A stretch of DNA of 64,000 bases from Candidatus Nomurabacteria bacterium (GCA_023898525.1 CP060227.1:173634-237633), one strand, 5' to 3'. Counted from the stretch's first letter, positions 38,706 through 47,374 are shown. Made by a program: numbers and translations. Notes: a model not told the origin generated them from the letters alone.

Positions 38706-38749
38706 TAACCAATTGGTCGTAGGTTCGAATCCTACCGGCGGAGCAAATC

Positions 38750-39825
38750 TGAATAATCTCACATACATATGAGACTCCTTAAATAAGGAGTAATGAGAAT
38801 ACATAACATTTTAAGGAACACCAGAGGGTTTGCCAAAGCGGCTGATAGTGCTCTAAAGTGGCAGACAATGAAAAACAAACAGGAGGTCGAAAGAAGAGTT
38901 AAAATACTCACGTTTTGGCAAAAACATGGTACTAATACCACCAAAGATGCTTTTGGCGTATCTAGACCAACTTTATTTAGATGGCAAAAAGAACTAAATG
39001 ATAGTAATGGTAATATCCAAGCCCTAGACCCCAAGAGTACTGCTCCTAAGAAACGAAGAGTGAGACAGATATCACCACCACTAGAGCAAGCTATTATCAA
39101 CTGGCGTACTAAGCGACCACGGATTGGTGGGAAAAAGCTGGTACCGCTATTGAAGAAGGAAGGATTCAAGGTGTCAGTTTCCTATGTTAATCGCTGTATC
39201 AGTGATCTTAAAGAACTAGGTAGACTACCGAATCCAGTTAAGCTCTCTTGGTACGCTAAGAGTGGTACACACAAAGAACAAAGAAAAACCAAGGTTAAAA
39301 AACAAAGAAGACCACAAAAACAAGGTTTGGAGATAGACACTATCGTGAGACACATAGATGGCACTAAACGGTACATACTCACCGCCATAGACATAGAAAG
39401 ACGGTTTGCTTACGCTCGTACTTATACCAGTCATTCTTCAAATAGTGCTCGAGACTTTCTAAAACAACTTATACACTATACCCCTTTTAGTATAGATGAG
39501 ATACAGACTGATAATGGTTCAGAATTCGCTAAATACTTCCACGAAGCTTGTTTAACTCTTAACATCAACCATTATCACACTTATCCACGTTGTCCTAAGA
39601 TGAATGCCTATATAGAGCGATTCAATCGTACCGTTCAAGAAGAACACATTATTTATCACCGATCCCTGCTTCGAGATAGTATTCCTGACTTCAATGATTC
39701 ACTGAATGAATGGTTGTATTGGTATAACCATGAGAGACCGCATGAAGGACTGGGTCTTTTGTCGCCCATGGAGTATTATAGAGAACATTATGAGATAGAG
39801 TCTCAAAGGTGGTGAGATCGTACAA
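38750..39825 (+). mobile_element. IS481-family insertion sequence, copy 1 (1076 bp), inserted 7 bp downstream of the tRNA-Asn 3' end
   Basis: 100% identical over 1076 bp (compared directly in sequence) to 62627..63702; imperfect terminal IRs around TGAATAATCTCAC / GGTGAGATCGTACAA; possible 5-bp flanking repeat AAATC. Confidence 0.8.
38793..39815 (+). CDS. IS481-family DDE transposase (HTH + rve integrase core)
   Basis: DDE triad context: IDTIVRHIDG..., TDNGSEFAKYF, NAYIERFNRTVQEE; YNHERPHEGLG; 340 aa single ORF. Confidence 0.85.
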   Translation: MRIHNILRNTRGFAKAADSALKWQTMKNKQEVERRVKILTFWQKHGTNTTKDAFGVSRPTLFRWQKELNDSNGNIQALDPKSTAPKKRRVRQISPPLEQAIINWRTKRPRIGGKKLVPLLKKEGFKVSVSYVNRCISDLKELGRLPNPVKLSWYAKSGTHKEQRKTKVKKQRRPQKQGLEIDTIVRHIDGTKRYILTAIDIERRFAYARTYTSHSSNSARDFLKQLIHYTPFSIDEIQTDNGSEFAKYFHEACLTLNINHYHTYPRCPKMNAYIERFNRTVQEEHIIYHRSLLRDSIPDFNDSLNEWLYWYNHERPHEGLGLLSPMEYYREHYEIESQRW

Positions 39826-39898
39826 ATCATTGACACTTTACCCAAAAAAATGTATAATTTACAAAGATTTCAAACAACCAGATAGGAGATTATTTATG

Positions 39899-40210
39899 TC
39901 TGAAGTAACTTTTAACTGCCGTATTGTAATTGCTGACGGTCACCCATATGTTGTATACGCTCGCTCAGGAAATCACTACCATTCGTTCACTGCTCGGTAT
40001 GCAGTCAGTATAGATATGAAGAACAATAAATGTACTGTAAGTGAAATAGCCCTACAGATGGCACAACAGGCGCCCGAGGAGTTACCTTTAAGCAGACTGG
40101 TTCAAAATTTTGTCTACAGCTTCTCAGCAACCTCTTTTTCTTGTGATGAAAAAAGTGGGTGGCAAGAACTATTTGAAAAGCATGACAAATCTAAAGTAGT
40201 TACTGAATAA
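39899..40210 (+). CDS. hypothetical protein (about 103 aa from MSEVTFNCRI)
   Basis: ORF followed by hairpin CTCGTGGTG...CACCACGAG plus T-run (40265..40310). Confidence 0.3.
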   Translation, partial: SEVTFNCRIVIADGHPYVVYARSGNHYHSFTARYAVSIDMKNNKCTVSEIALQMAQQAPEELPLSRLVQNFVYSFSATSFSCDEKSGWQELFEKHDKSKVVTE

Positions 40211-40321
40211 TCTGAGCAAGTTGATGTTCAATTAAGATAAACCTATATGTTTTATAATAGCTCACTCGTGGTGTAACTAGTAATAGTTTTCACCACGAGT
40301 TTTTGTTTTATATTGATATCA

Positions 40322-40352
40322 ACAAGTTCGAACATCCTCCACCCAGCGGAGC
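40322..40352 (+). repeat. 31-bp direct repeat, copy 1 (ACAAGTTCGAACATCCTCCACCCAGCGGAGC)
   Basis: identical to 41061..41091. Confidence 0.8.
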
Positions 40353-40432
40353 TAGACAGATTAAGTTTTTTATGATTTAATACAGATTGATGTAGCGTTT
40401 TAAATTTCAGACACTCGTGAGGAGAACCAAAA

Positions 40433-40996
40433 ATGGCAATAACTGAAACCGATTACATTAAAAAGGTACCGCTTCAAAAAATTCATGCACTCATGACTAG
40501 ACAGGACATGAATATTGGGTATATGTTACTTATGGGTAAATGGGCTGATTCAGCACTAACATGCGAAGAACATCCTTTTGGTTTAGATTTACCCGCATAC
40601 GAGAACGATAGTTGTGGTCCTTATAAAAATAGACAAGTAAGATTTATACCAAGAACAGATGCTGATGCGGAAATCAACACGTTAATCGCCCATCTTAATT
40701 GGACCCTAGATGGTAGTAGTACAGTTTCGCGCTTGCGTGTCATATACGCAGAATGCAATGAAAACAATCCTAATGAACATTCCGTCTATGTGGAAATATG
40801 GACCAATGCAGGAGTACTCATGGCTGGCGGCTCTGATTGTGACATTGAAGGTGGTATAGCAGCCTCTAATCTCCTGGGTATAGTGCACTTACTTAAATTA
40901 CTATACGTGACAGAAATTGAAACAATTGAGATACCCTATTGTATAGCAAAAGTACATAGTGACAATTTTCACAATAAGTATAGATACCTCATTTAA
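40433..40996 (+). CDS. hypothetical protein (187 aa) bracketed by the 31-bp direct repeats
   Basis: ORF with no recognisable motif. Confidence 0.35.
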   Translation: MAITETDYIKKVPLQKIHALMTRQDMNIGYMLLMGKWADSALTCEEHPFGLDLPAYENDSCGPYKNRQVRFIPRTDADAEINTLIAHLNWTLDGSSTVSRLRVIYAECNENNPNEHSVYVEIWTNAGVLMAGGSDCDIEGGIAASNLLGIVHLLKLLYVTEIETIEIPYCIAKVHSDNFHNKYRYLI

Positions 40997-41060
40997 CATT
41001 TAAATTCTGTTCTCAACATACTACCCTCAGCAATAGCTGTAGGGTAGCTTTTTATATAAT

Positions 41061-41091
41061 ACAAGTTCGAACATCCTCCACCCAGCGGAGC
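41061..41091 (+). repeat. 31-bp direct repeat, copy 2; its 3' end is part of a strong hairpin
   Basis: identical to 40322..40352. Confidence 0.8.
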
Positions 41092-41119
41092 ACAAAATCC
41101 CCTTTCGGGGATTTTGTGC
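41090..41119. terminator. hairpin GCACAAAATCCCC-TTTC-GGGGATTTTGTGC
   Basis: perfect 13-bp stem; lies between the convergent 40433..40996 (+) and 41156..41473 (-) genes. Confidence 0.5.
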
Positions 41120-41155
41120 TCACGTCTTATCCTAAGATAATCAATGACAAAGTTC

Positions 41156-41473
41156 TTATAGACCCATTTCTTGTACAGCGTGTACACCAACACTTCCTCC
41201 TAGAGTTAATGATGGTGAACCTTTTGCTATTTCTACCGCAGCGTCCATATCGTCTGCGTTTACCACCAGATATCCACCAACCTCAGCTTGATAATCGGAA
41301 ACTGACATGTCGGTACCAATTATATCCTTTCCTTTTTCCTCAAAAGGTCCCATACTATCTAAAATACCCTTTCCTCTTAGATCATCTACCCAAGTCTTCC
41401 ATTGATCCATAATTTCCTCTCGATTTGAATCATCGGGACTGCCGCCCTTGATTAACAATATAAATTTTTGCAT
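41156..41473 (-). CDS. YciI-like (DGPF domain) protein
   Basis: MQKFILLIKGG...W..W...L...G.L....GPFEEKG...DY.AEVGGYLVVNADDMDAAVEIAKGSP matches the YciI-like pattern; 105 aa. Confidence 0.5.
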   Translation of the reverse strand: MQKFILLIKGGSPDDSNREEIMDQWKTWVDDLRGKGILDSMGPFEEKGKDIIGTDMSVSDYQAEVGGYLVVNADDMDAAVEIAKGSPSLTLGGSVGVHAVQEMGL

Positions 41474-41567
41474 AGTTATTATTTTTCTTATCTAGCAATT
41501 ATTTAATTCTAACAGATAAGATGAGGGTATCCTACTTCAGCTTAAGATTATTACACCAATCACCTAA

Positions 41568-42446
41568 CTACCGTATACCCGTGTCACACGACAAATCAAC
41601 GTCTAGCATTGTGTCCGGCGTCACAGTAATATCAACCGTGCCACAACTTGGAAATGGACTTCCGCCGACTGGCTGAAGTGTGTAATTTCCAGGTGGAAGC
41701 ATTGCTTTATAAACTCCAGTTTTATCAGTATTTATTATCGAAAATGGCGCATTACTATGACTGCCAATTGCGTAGACTTCTACAGTTGTAGGGTACGGTT
41801 TGTCGGCACACCCAGGATCTGGCGGTTCACGCATGACCGGACAGGTCGGACCAAGTAATACCCTACCCGATACACCTGAATCAAATGGTAATATACCTCC
41901 TCCGCCACTCATAACCACATCGTCATCCACATCAGCAATACCCTCGTCCTCAGCACCATCTTCATCACCATTGATTTCTTTTATATCTTTTCCCTCTCCC
42001 TCCCTCTCCTCATTTTGTGTTAATACTGCGAGTAGAGTTGCGACATCAGATTCACTCTTTACCTCTACCTCTAACCGCTTTGAGAGATTGGCAAGGAGCG
42101 TTCTGTAGCCTTCACTAGATATAGTCTGTTCAGCTGAAGTCACTGGTTGACCAGCGGTTCTTTGGTATGTAAGTTCATTTCCATCGAAGTGATACACGCC
42201 TTCAAGGGTTTTTACTCCACCAAAATCCGACGGCACAAGGTCCGGAAATATCTGCATAAAAATAAACGCGCTAAAACCCTCTATCGGGTGTCCACCACGT
42301 TCAACCCCGGCTTGTATGATCTCTGACTGAAAGAGTTCGCTATATTGATTTAATTCGTACCCAGGAACTTCTTTAGTTAGCTGCCAAAAAATACCAATTC
42401 CAAGCACAATGACCATAACCATCATTGGTGACAAATATTTCTTCAT
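41568..42446 (-). CDS. membrane-anchored secreted hypothetical protein with acidic linker and C-terminal beta-rich (carboxypeptidase-regulatory-like?) domain
   Basis: N-terminal TM helix; GDEDGAEDEGIADVDDD linker; C-terminal GVYKAMLPPGNYTLQPVGGS. Confidence 0.3.
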   Translation of the reverse strand: MKKYLSPMMVMVIVLGIGIFWQLTKEVPGYELNQYSELFQSEIIQAGVERGGHPIEGFSAFIFMQIFPDLVPSDFGGVKTLEGVYHFDGNELTYQRTAGQPVTSAEQTISSEGYRTLLANLSKRLEVEVKSESDVATLLAVLTQNEEREGEGKDIKEINGDEDGAEDEGIADVDDDVVMSGGGGILPFDSGVSGRVLLGPTCPVMREPPDPGCADKPYPTTVEVYAIGSHSNAPFSIINTDKTGVYKAMLPPGNYTLQPVGGSPFPSCGTVDITVTPDTMLDVDLSCDTGIR

Positions 42447-42511
42447 GTACTTATTTTACCCCAAACCCTAACTAACTTGAAGCTGGTTAGGTAAGACTAT
42501 ACCTATCAACC

Positions 42512-43072
42512 CTAAGACGCAGCTTGTAGTTTTAACAGTTTTTGTAGTTGCTGAAGTAGGTCGAGGAGTTGCAAAAGCTGTTTAATTTTTGCTTCCAATT
42601 CTTCCCGAGTCGGCTGTACCATACCCTGCTTATCATTGCTATTAACACTAGTCACAACTGGCGCGACCGGGTTCTTTAAACACGATATCCAAGGTGTAGT
42701 ACTTTGCTTGTCATAAACATATTTGGCGTAGGCGAGATTATCCTCAAGAGTATTAATATCAAAACCAAGTTTTTTAGCAGTATTTAGATGAATAGATTCA
42801 TTAAACTGAAATACCCCGATCATCTGACCACCTGAGCCGCCCCGCAAAACAGCGCCGCTGTTGGTGTATTGACGGAAGTTTGATTCACAACGAGCAATCT
42901 CAATCATATCTGGAATGTCCACGAAATACTCTCGAACTTTTTTCTCTGTCTCAACCTGATTACGATAATCCGAGACTCCAGCTGTGAGTGGTGTTTCAGC
43001 GTAGGCTGAGCTAGACACACCAAAAGCTACCAACAAGAAGGTAGATAGAAATATTATAGATTGTATTTTCAT
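42512..43072 (-). CDS. secreted protein with lysozyme-like/transglycosylase (Rpf/SLT-like) domain
   Basis: signal peptide; IEIARCESNFRQY...GQMIGVFQFNESIHLNTAKKLG resembles the CES...G..Q..W core of Rpf-type transglycosylases; weak. Confidence 0.3.
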   Translation of the reverse strand: MKIQSIIFLSTFLLVAFGVSSSAYAETPLTAGVSDYRNQVETEKKVREYFVDIPDMIEIARCESNFRQYTNSGAVLRGGSGGQMIGVFQFNESIHLNTAKKLGFDINTLEDNLAYAKYVYDKQSTTPWISCLKNPVAPVVTSVNSNDKQGMVQPTREELEAKIKQLLQLLDLLQQLQKLLKLQAAS

Positions 43073-43156
43073 AGTTGGATATTATATCACCAAAACCTCT
43101 CAACCTGCACCCGTCAAACTTTTTTATTTTACCCCAACACTGCTATAATCCAAGCT

Positions 43157-43579
43157 ATGGAAATTCCAGTTTTTAGTATCATATCGCTTATTACCGAAAT
43201 ATTGGTCACAGTATCAGTTTTAGTCATTATCTATAAAGCCTATTACACCGGTGTTTTTATGCGGGGTTTTGCTTTCTTTGTTCTTGGCTACGAGATCATG
43301 TTCAATATCTCATATATGCTTTCTCGAGTACTACACCACCTACCAGAACACCACGACTCACACCACGAACCTTTTGAGCTTGGACTCGCTATTTTTCACG
43401 GCACCTTTTCCTTGATAATGTTTATTGGTCTAGTTATTTTCTTTCTTATGGCTGCCAAAAAATACGCCACTGGTGAAAATTACTTTGCTAAACACCCCCG
43501 CTTCACTTCCCTCTTTATCGCCGCTTGGCTGGTATCGGTATTTTCTGGAATGCTATTCTTTTATCTTTTGTATGTTTAA
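43157..43579 (+). CDS. polytopic membrane protein (about 140 aa)
   Basis: four hydrophobic helices; start taken at MEIPVFSII to avoid overlap with the convergent upstream gene. Confidence 0.3.
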   Translation: MEIPVFSIISLITEILVTVSVLVIIYKAYYTGVFMRGFAFFVLGYEIMFNISYMLSRVLHHLPEHHDSHHEPFELGLAIFHGTFSLIMFIGLVIFFLMAAKKYATGENYFAKHPRFTSLFIAAWLVSVFSGMLFFYLLYV

Positions 43580-43604
43580 TATCTTATTTTTTTAACTATA
43601 GAGT

Positions 43605-43862
43605 ATGGAAGTATTTTTTAGCGTAGCTCCAACATTATTTAACTTTATTGGAACAATTGTTATTGCCTGGGGTCTTTTGATCACAAAAGAAAAAGCTTTA
43701 GAATTAGGCATATCTCGCTGGTCAAGTGATGATGAAGAAGAAAATCTTAAACTTCCAGCCATAAGCGACAGAATTAAACAAAGGAATTTTGCAATCGTAG
43801 GATTAATACTATTAACTATTGGTTTGATTATAGAATTAATCGGTACACTTTGTTACAAGTGA
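43605..43862 (+). CDS. small membrane protein (85 aa, 2 TM)
   Basis: ORF only. Confidence 0.25.
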   Translation: MEVFFSVAPTLFNFIGTIVIAWGLLITKEKALELGISRWSSDDEEENLKLPAISDRIKQRNFAIVGLILLTIGLIIELIGTLCYK

Positions 43863-43874
43863 TATACTTACTCC

Positions 43875-44615
43875 ATGAAAAAGGTTTTGGTTTATGGGGT
43901 TTTACCAATAGCTGTATTTTTGATAGTGCTTTATGTATTAGCTTCTTTTACACATACTGGGCGGGTGTGGTCTTTGTATTTTTTGGCGGCGCCGAAGGCG
44001 CCGCTCGCTGTGAAATACGATTGTATCAAAGAGACCAACCAAAAAGTGTACGATAAGTTTCTATTACCACTGGAATTTGATGAAGTATCCAAAAACGACT
44101 TACGAGAGTATTGGCACTTTAGCTATTATCGTGCCTGCCTTTTTAAAGCCGGCTATGACTTTTGGGGTAATGAAATACCACCAACCTCTCTACTACAAAA
44201 AGACAGTCACACAGAATATACCAACTACTTTGCAGACATATCTCTAACTCTCCCCCCTCAAACTAAACTGGCTTTAGACAATGAAGTAAATCCCGACCAT
44301 GATGATTATATTATCGCCTCTATCCTAGAACTAGATGGAAATGAAATTTATATAAATGTTGACCGAAGCTACAAGCCTGCCAATATGGCGACACTGAAAA
44401 ATGAGTTCGCCGGCTTTCAAAGCCAAAAAGATTTTAAGAGCCCTGACTTAGTTTTCCAAAGTGAAACAAAAGAAAACGTAGCTGCTTTTAGTGACGGTAA
44501 ATTATATGGCTACGTAGTACTAATACCAAACCGACATATTGTAAAAATATATACAGACAAAGATGGGTCAGAAACACTAGACCAGATTATGACTACATTT
44601 AAAACTATTGAATAA
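43875..44615 (+). CDS. membrane-anchored hypothetical protein (246 aa)
   Basis: N-terminal TM helix, no motif. Confidence 0.3.
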   Translation: MKKVLVYGVLPIAVFLIVLYVLASFTHTGRVWSLYFLAAPKAPLAVKYDCIKETNQKVYDKFLLPLEFDEVSKNDLREYWHFSYYRACLFKAGYDFWGNEIPPTSLLQKDSHTEYTNYFADISLTLPPQTKLALDNEVNPDHDDYIIASILELDGNEIYINVDRSYKPANMATLKNEFAGFQSQKDFKSPDLVFQSETKENVAAFSDGKLYGYVVLIPNRHIVKIYTDKDGSETLDQIMTTFKTIE

Positions 44616-44693
44616 AAGAACTGCTAATATAAAATAACCGAGGAACGACCTTTTCCGTCGCAAGCTCCTCCTCAATTTCGCACCTCGGTTATT

Positions 44694-45029
44694 TTAATCG
44701 TCATCATCTTCCTCCTCCCACTCGTCATCCTCGTATTCTTCATCATCTTCCCACTCGTCATCTTCCTCATATTCTTCGTCTTCATATAAACCATTAAAAA
44801 CACTATCATCCACTGGATTAGAAGAAATATCAGCAGAAGTCGGTATTGGAATCGTTTCCAATTCTTCCGGCAACGGGTCAACTTGCTCTATTTCAACACT
44901 AGCGGTAGTGTCATGTATTTCTTTGTTGGCGTTTTTCTTTTTTTCGGCATAACTAGCAAAACCATACGCTAAAATTGCTGTTGCCCCAATCCAGAATACT
45001 ATCAAACTAAGTACAAAAGTCTTTTTCAT
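44694..45029 (-). CDS. membrane-anchored protein with extremely acidic Glu/Asp/Tyr/Trp-rich C-terminus
   Basis: N-terminus MKKTFVLSLIVFWIGATAIL nearly identical in style to the next gene; C-terminal EDEEYEEDDEWEDDEEYEDDEWEEEDDDD. Confidence 0.3.
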   Translation of the reverse strand: MKKTFVLSLIVFWIGATAILAYGFASYAEKKKNANKEIHDTTASVEIEQVDPLPEELETIPIPTSADISSNPVDDSVFNGLYEDEEYEEDDEWEDDEEYEDDEWEEEDDDD

Positions 45030-45039
45030 AATTTATATT

Positions 45040-45900
45040 TTAAGCAGCTACACCGACATAATATTTACTAAGTAATTGGTAAGAACTGGACTTATGCCTA
45101 TGTCCACCGGAAGTTGTACCATTAAATAGTTTAGTCGCATCAATACCACAGTTATTGATAATCCTACTCTTACCACCCGGATGATACGGTATATAGTCAG
45201 TTACATCATACACCTTTCCATCAATCGTCATCCAGCAGTCGGTCGAGCTGTTGTGCTTGGCGACAGTAGCGGCGCTAATCCCCGAAGAGGTCTTGGTGGT
45301 GTTTGTGGTGGTGTTGGTAGTATTAGTTGTATTTGTATTGGTAGTAGTCTTGGTGGTGTTTGTGGTTTGAGTTTTAGTATTGGTTGTACCTGAAGTTGAT
45401 TTAACCTCAACCTTAGGTTTGAAACTAAGATCATTAGTTAAATAATTCTCTACCGACCACCCTCTCGTTCCATCGTCATACGATATTCTGTACCACCAAT
45501 AACCATCAGCAGCTACCGGATCTACCAATACTCTCCCAATGGTACCTGGTAACACTGTACCTACTACCCCTGCTTCAATGGAAGGCTCCTTACGAACCTT
45601 TAAACTTTCCATTGCCATTAAAGTATCAAGATCAGTATATTTGGCCGAATCACTTAGTGTATTATCGCCATTAGATTTTTCTTTATCGCCACCAAATATA
45701 CCTTTGGTAATCTCAGATAAAAAACCATTCCCCTCTTCAGAAACACCTTCTGTATCTTCCACCCTTTCAAGCGAATTCATATCTGAAGACATCAGGCCAA
45801 CCTCCGGCGCAGTATTATCATAAACCACAAAAGCCGCCGCCAAGAGAGCAGTAACCACTGACCAAAAGATTGCAACAAAGATAACGAAAGTTTTTTTCAT
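45040..45900 (-). CDS. membrane-anchored SH3b-like domain / poly-Thr-Asn linker / cytochrome b5-like haem-binding domain protein
   Basis: SH3b-like VRKEPSIEAGVVGTVLPGTIGRV...WWYRISYDDGTRGW; TTNTTKTTTNTNTTNTTNTT linker; b5-like HNSSTDCWMTIDGKVYDVTDYIPYHPGG. Confidence 0.5.
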   Translation of the reverse strand: MKKTFVIFVAIFWSVVTALLAAAFVVYDNTAPEVGLMSSDMNSLERVEDTEGVSEEGNGFLSEITKGIFGGDKEKSNGDNTLSDSAKYTDLDTLMAMESLKVRKEPSIEAGVVGTVLPGTIGRVLVDPVAADGYWWYRISYDDGTRGWSVENYLTNDLSFKPKVEVKSTSGTTNTKTQTTNTTKTTTNTNTTNTTNTTTNTTKTSSGISAATVAKHNSSTDCWMTIDGKVYDVTDYIPYHPGGKSRIINNCGIDATKLFNGTTSGGHRHKSSSYQLLSKYYVGVAA

Positions 45901-45917
45901 AATAAATACATTCTACC

Positions 45918-47234
45918 CTACAAGAGCTTAAATTCTTCGGTATGAATCAAGCGACGCGGTACCCCAGCGGCAGTAAATTGCTTAATTAAACCCTGCATCA
46001 TTGGCGGCGGACCACAGACGAATATGTCAGTGTTGGAAAGGTCACCACTGGTACTCTTTATGACGTCCGCTGACAAAAAACCTTTCTCATCTGATTGATG
46101 AGGAATAATACTAATATTAGAATTTTCTTCACTAATAGCCTTAAGTTCATTATAAAAAACCATTTCATCCTCTGTTTTGGTCGCATAATAAAAATCAATT
46201 ACCAAGTCATCACGTTGATTTACCCTTAAGTTGCGTGCCATGTTAAGAAACGGAGTAATACCAATACCACCTGCTATCCAGATTTGACGCCCGCACTTGC
46301 CTTTAAGATAAGAAAAGCCACCAAACGGACCCTCAATCCTCGCGGTTGCTCCCGCGTTTAAGTACTTAAGTTGACCAGTCCAGTCACCAAGCGCTTTTAC
46401 AGAGATGCGCAAATATTTCTCTGTAGGTGCCGAACTAATCGAAAATGGATGCACTTCTTTGGTCATACCACCATCCACAAAACTAATAAAAATAAATTGT
46501 CCGGGCACATAATGCATTACTTCATTTTCTGGACGCATAACTACCTCAATAATACCTTCCCCTAAATCATTGACCGCTTCAACTATATACGTATATCTTT
46601 TCTTAAACGCATGACCGAGCAGAGTATGATAAATATAAGCAGCAATAGCTAAAGCAGCCAGACTAAAAATATATACTTTAAGCCAAGGATTGATTGACAC
46701 ATCGCTCGGAATCAAAAAAGCATGCAAAGCGCCAAGAAAAAAAGCCCCACCCAAAATCTGATGGGCAAATCGTAAGTACTGATAACGCCACTTGGCGAAG
46801 AAAGTAATAACGAGAAGCGACATCATAAGTAAAAGTCCTAGGATACCGAAGTTTACCGCCCAGTCACCACCAGGAATAAGTAGCTTAGCGGCTTCAACTA
46901 CAGATATAGGCACGAGTGCCACGGCCAGAGCCAATGGGTGCACTAAGATAAAAAGAAAAGCAATCGTCCCAGAATAGTGATGTATCCGATAAACCCGATC
47001 CAGACTCCCAAAGTATTCCTCAAGAAAATGCAATCTGGCACTAAGGATAATTGTAAGAGAAAAAAGTGTAATACCGACAAGAGCAGTTAATTGCCCAACA
47101 CTGGTGAGAGCGGAAAATGAGTCACCAAATCGCATAGACAACGGCATCATGGTGAGCCACATAAACATAGGCAATAAAGTCGCCAAAATAACAACTGTCA
47201 ATCCAACCCGATTTTTAAATATCCTTTGTGGCAT
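45918..47234 (-). CDS. ferric reductase/NOX-like flavocytochrome (6-TM di-haem domain fused to FAD- and NAD(P)H-binding FNR-like domains)
   Basis: His pairs in TM helices (HHYSGTIAFLFILVHP; HQILGGAFFLGALHAF), HPFSISSAP (FAD-binding HPF motif), AGGIGITPF (NAD-binding GGxGxxP). Confidence 0.6.
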   Translation of the reverse strand: MPQRIFKNRVGLTVVILATLLPMFMWLTMMPLSMRFGDSFSALTSVGQLTALVGITLFSLTIILSARLHFLEEYFGSLDRVYRIHHYSGTIAFLFILVHPLALAVALVPISVVEAAKLLIPGGDWAVNFGILGLLLMMSLLVITFFAKWRYQYLRFAHQILGGAFFLGALHAFLIPSDVSINPWLKVYIFSLAALAIAAYIYHTLLGHAFKKRYTYIVEAVNDLGEGIIEVVMRPENEVMHYVPGQFIFISFVDGGMTKEVHPFSISSAPTEKYLRISVKALGDWTGQLKYLNAGATARIEGPFGGFSYLKGKCGRQIWIAGGIGITPFLNMARNLRVNQRDDLVIDFYYATKTEDEMVFYNELKAISEENSNISIIPHQSDEKGFLSADVIKSTSGDLSNTDIFVCGPPPMMQGLIKQFTAAGVPRRLIHTEEFKLL

Positions 47235-47374
47235 ATGTTTTTATGATTATACGCTAAATGGATAAAAAACGAAGAGCCTGAAATCATTTGCTTACAAGAA
47301 ATAAAAGCCAACCTCAGTGATGAGATTAAAAAGATCCACTGATATTACTTATATTTTAATTCCGCCGAGAAAAA

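Larger units (their letters stand above)
38066..38743 (+). tRNA. tRNA-Asn(GUU) interrupted by a 606-nt group I intron between anticodon-loop positions 35 and 36 (exons 38066..38099 and 38706..38743)
   Basis: exons TCCGCCGTAGCTCAGTGGTAGAGCAGTTGGCTGT + TAACCAATTGGTCGTAGGTTCGAATCCTACCGGCGGAG fold into a canonical cloverleaf (U8, A14, G18G19, TTCGAAT T-loop) with anticodon loop CUGUUAA; U1:A72 and G73 as in E. coli/B. subtilis tRNA-Asn; CCA not encoded. Confidence 0.8.

Noticed and set aside
38066-38743. Reading the 5' exon anticodon loop as CTGTGAA (tRNA-His GUG), or placing the intron so as to give tRNA-Thr.
   Set aside because: The His reading ignores the 3' exon, which completes the stem as CCAAT. 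Only the 35/36 junction gives U before and G at the end of the intron together with tRNA-Asn identity elements (U1:A72, G73). Thr(UGU) at a 33/34 junction is formally possible but does not match the acceptor and discriminator identity.
38759-39434. Antisense ORFs of 136, 70 and 69 aa inside both IS481 copies (also 62636..63311), duplicated identically.
   Set aside because: They are identical only because they lie inside the duplicated IS. They are hydrophobic or low-complexity translations of the transposase antisense strand, so they are spurious.
41090-41119. The hairpin after the second 31-bp repeat as part of a tRNA-like structure.
   Set aside because: No D-arm or anticodon arm can be built around it. 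It is a simple stem-loop.
42512-43072. Calling the secreted 186-aa protein a resuscitation-promoting factor.
   Set aside because: Only a short CES...G..Q..W-like segment matches and the family cannot be confirmed by eye. It is kept as a generic lysozyme-like candidate at low confidence.
45290-45420. Repetitive DNA (ggtggtgtttgtggt... units) that could look like a short tandem or CRISPR-like array.
   Set aside because: It lies inside a coding region and encodes the poly-Thr/Asn linker of the SH3b-b5 protein. The units are irregular and have no spacer structure. No CRISPR array is present in the window.
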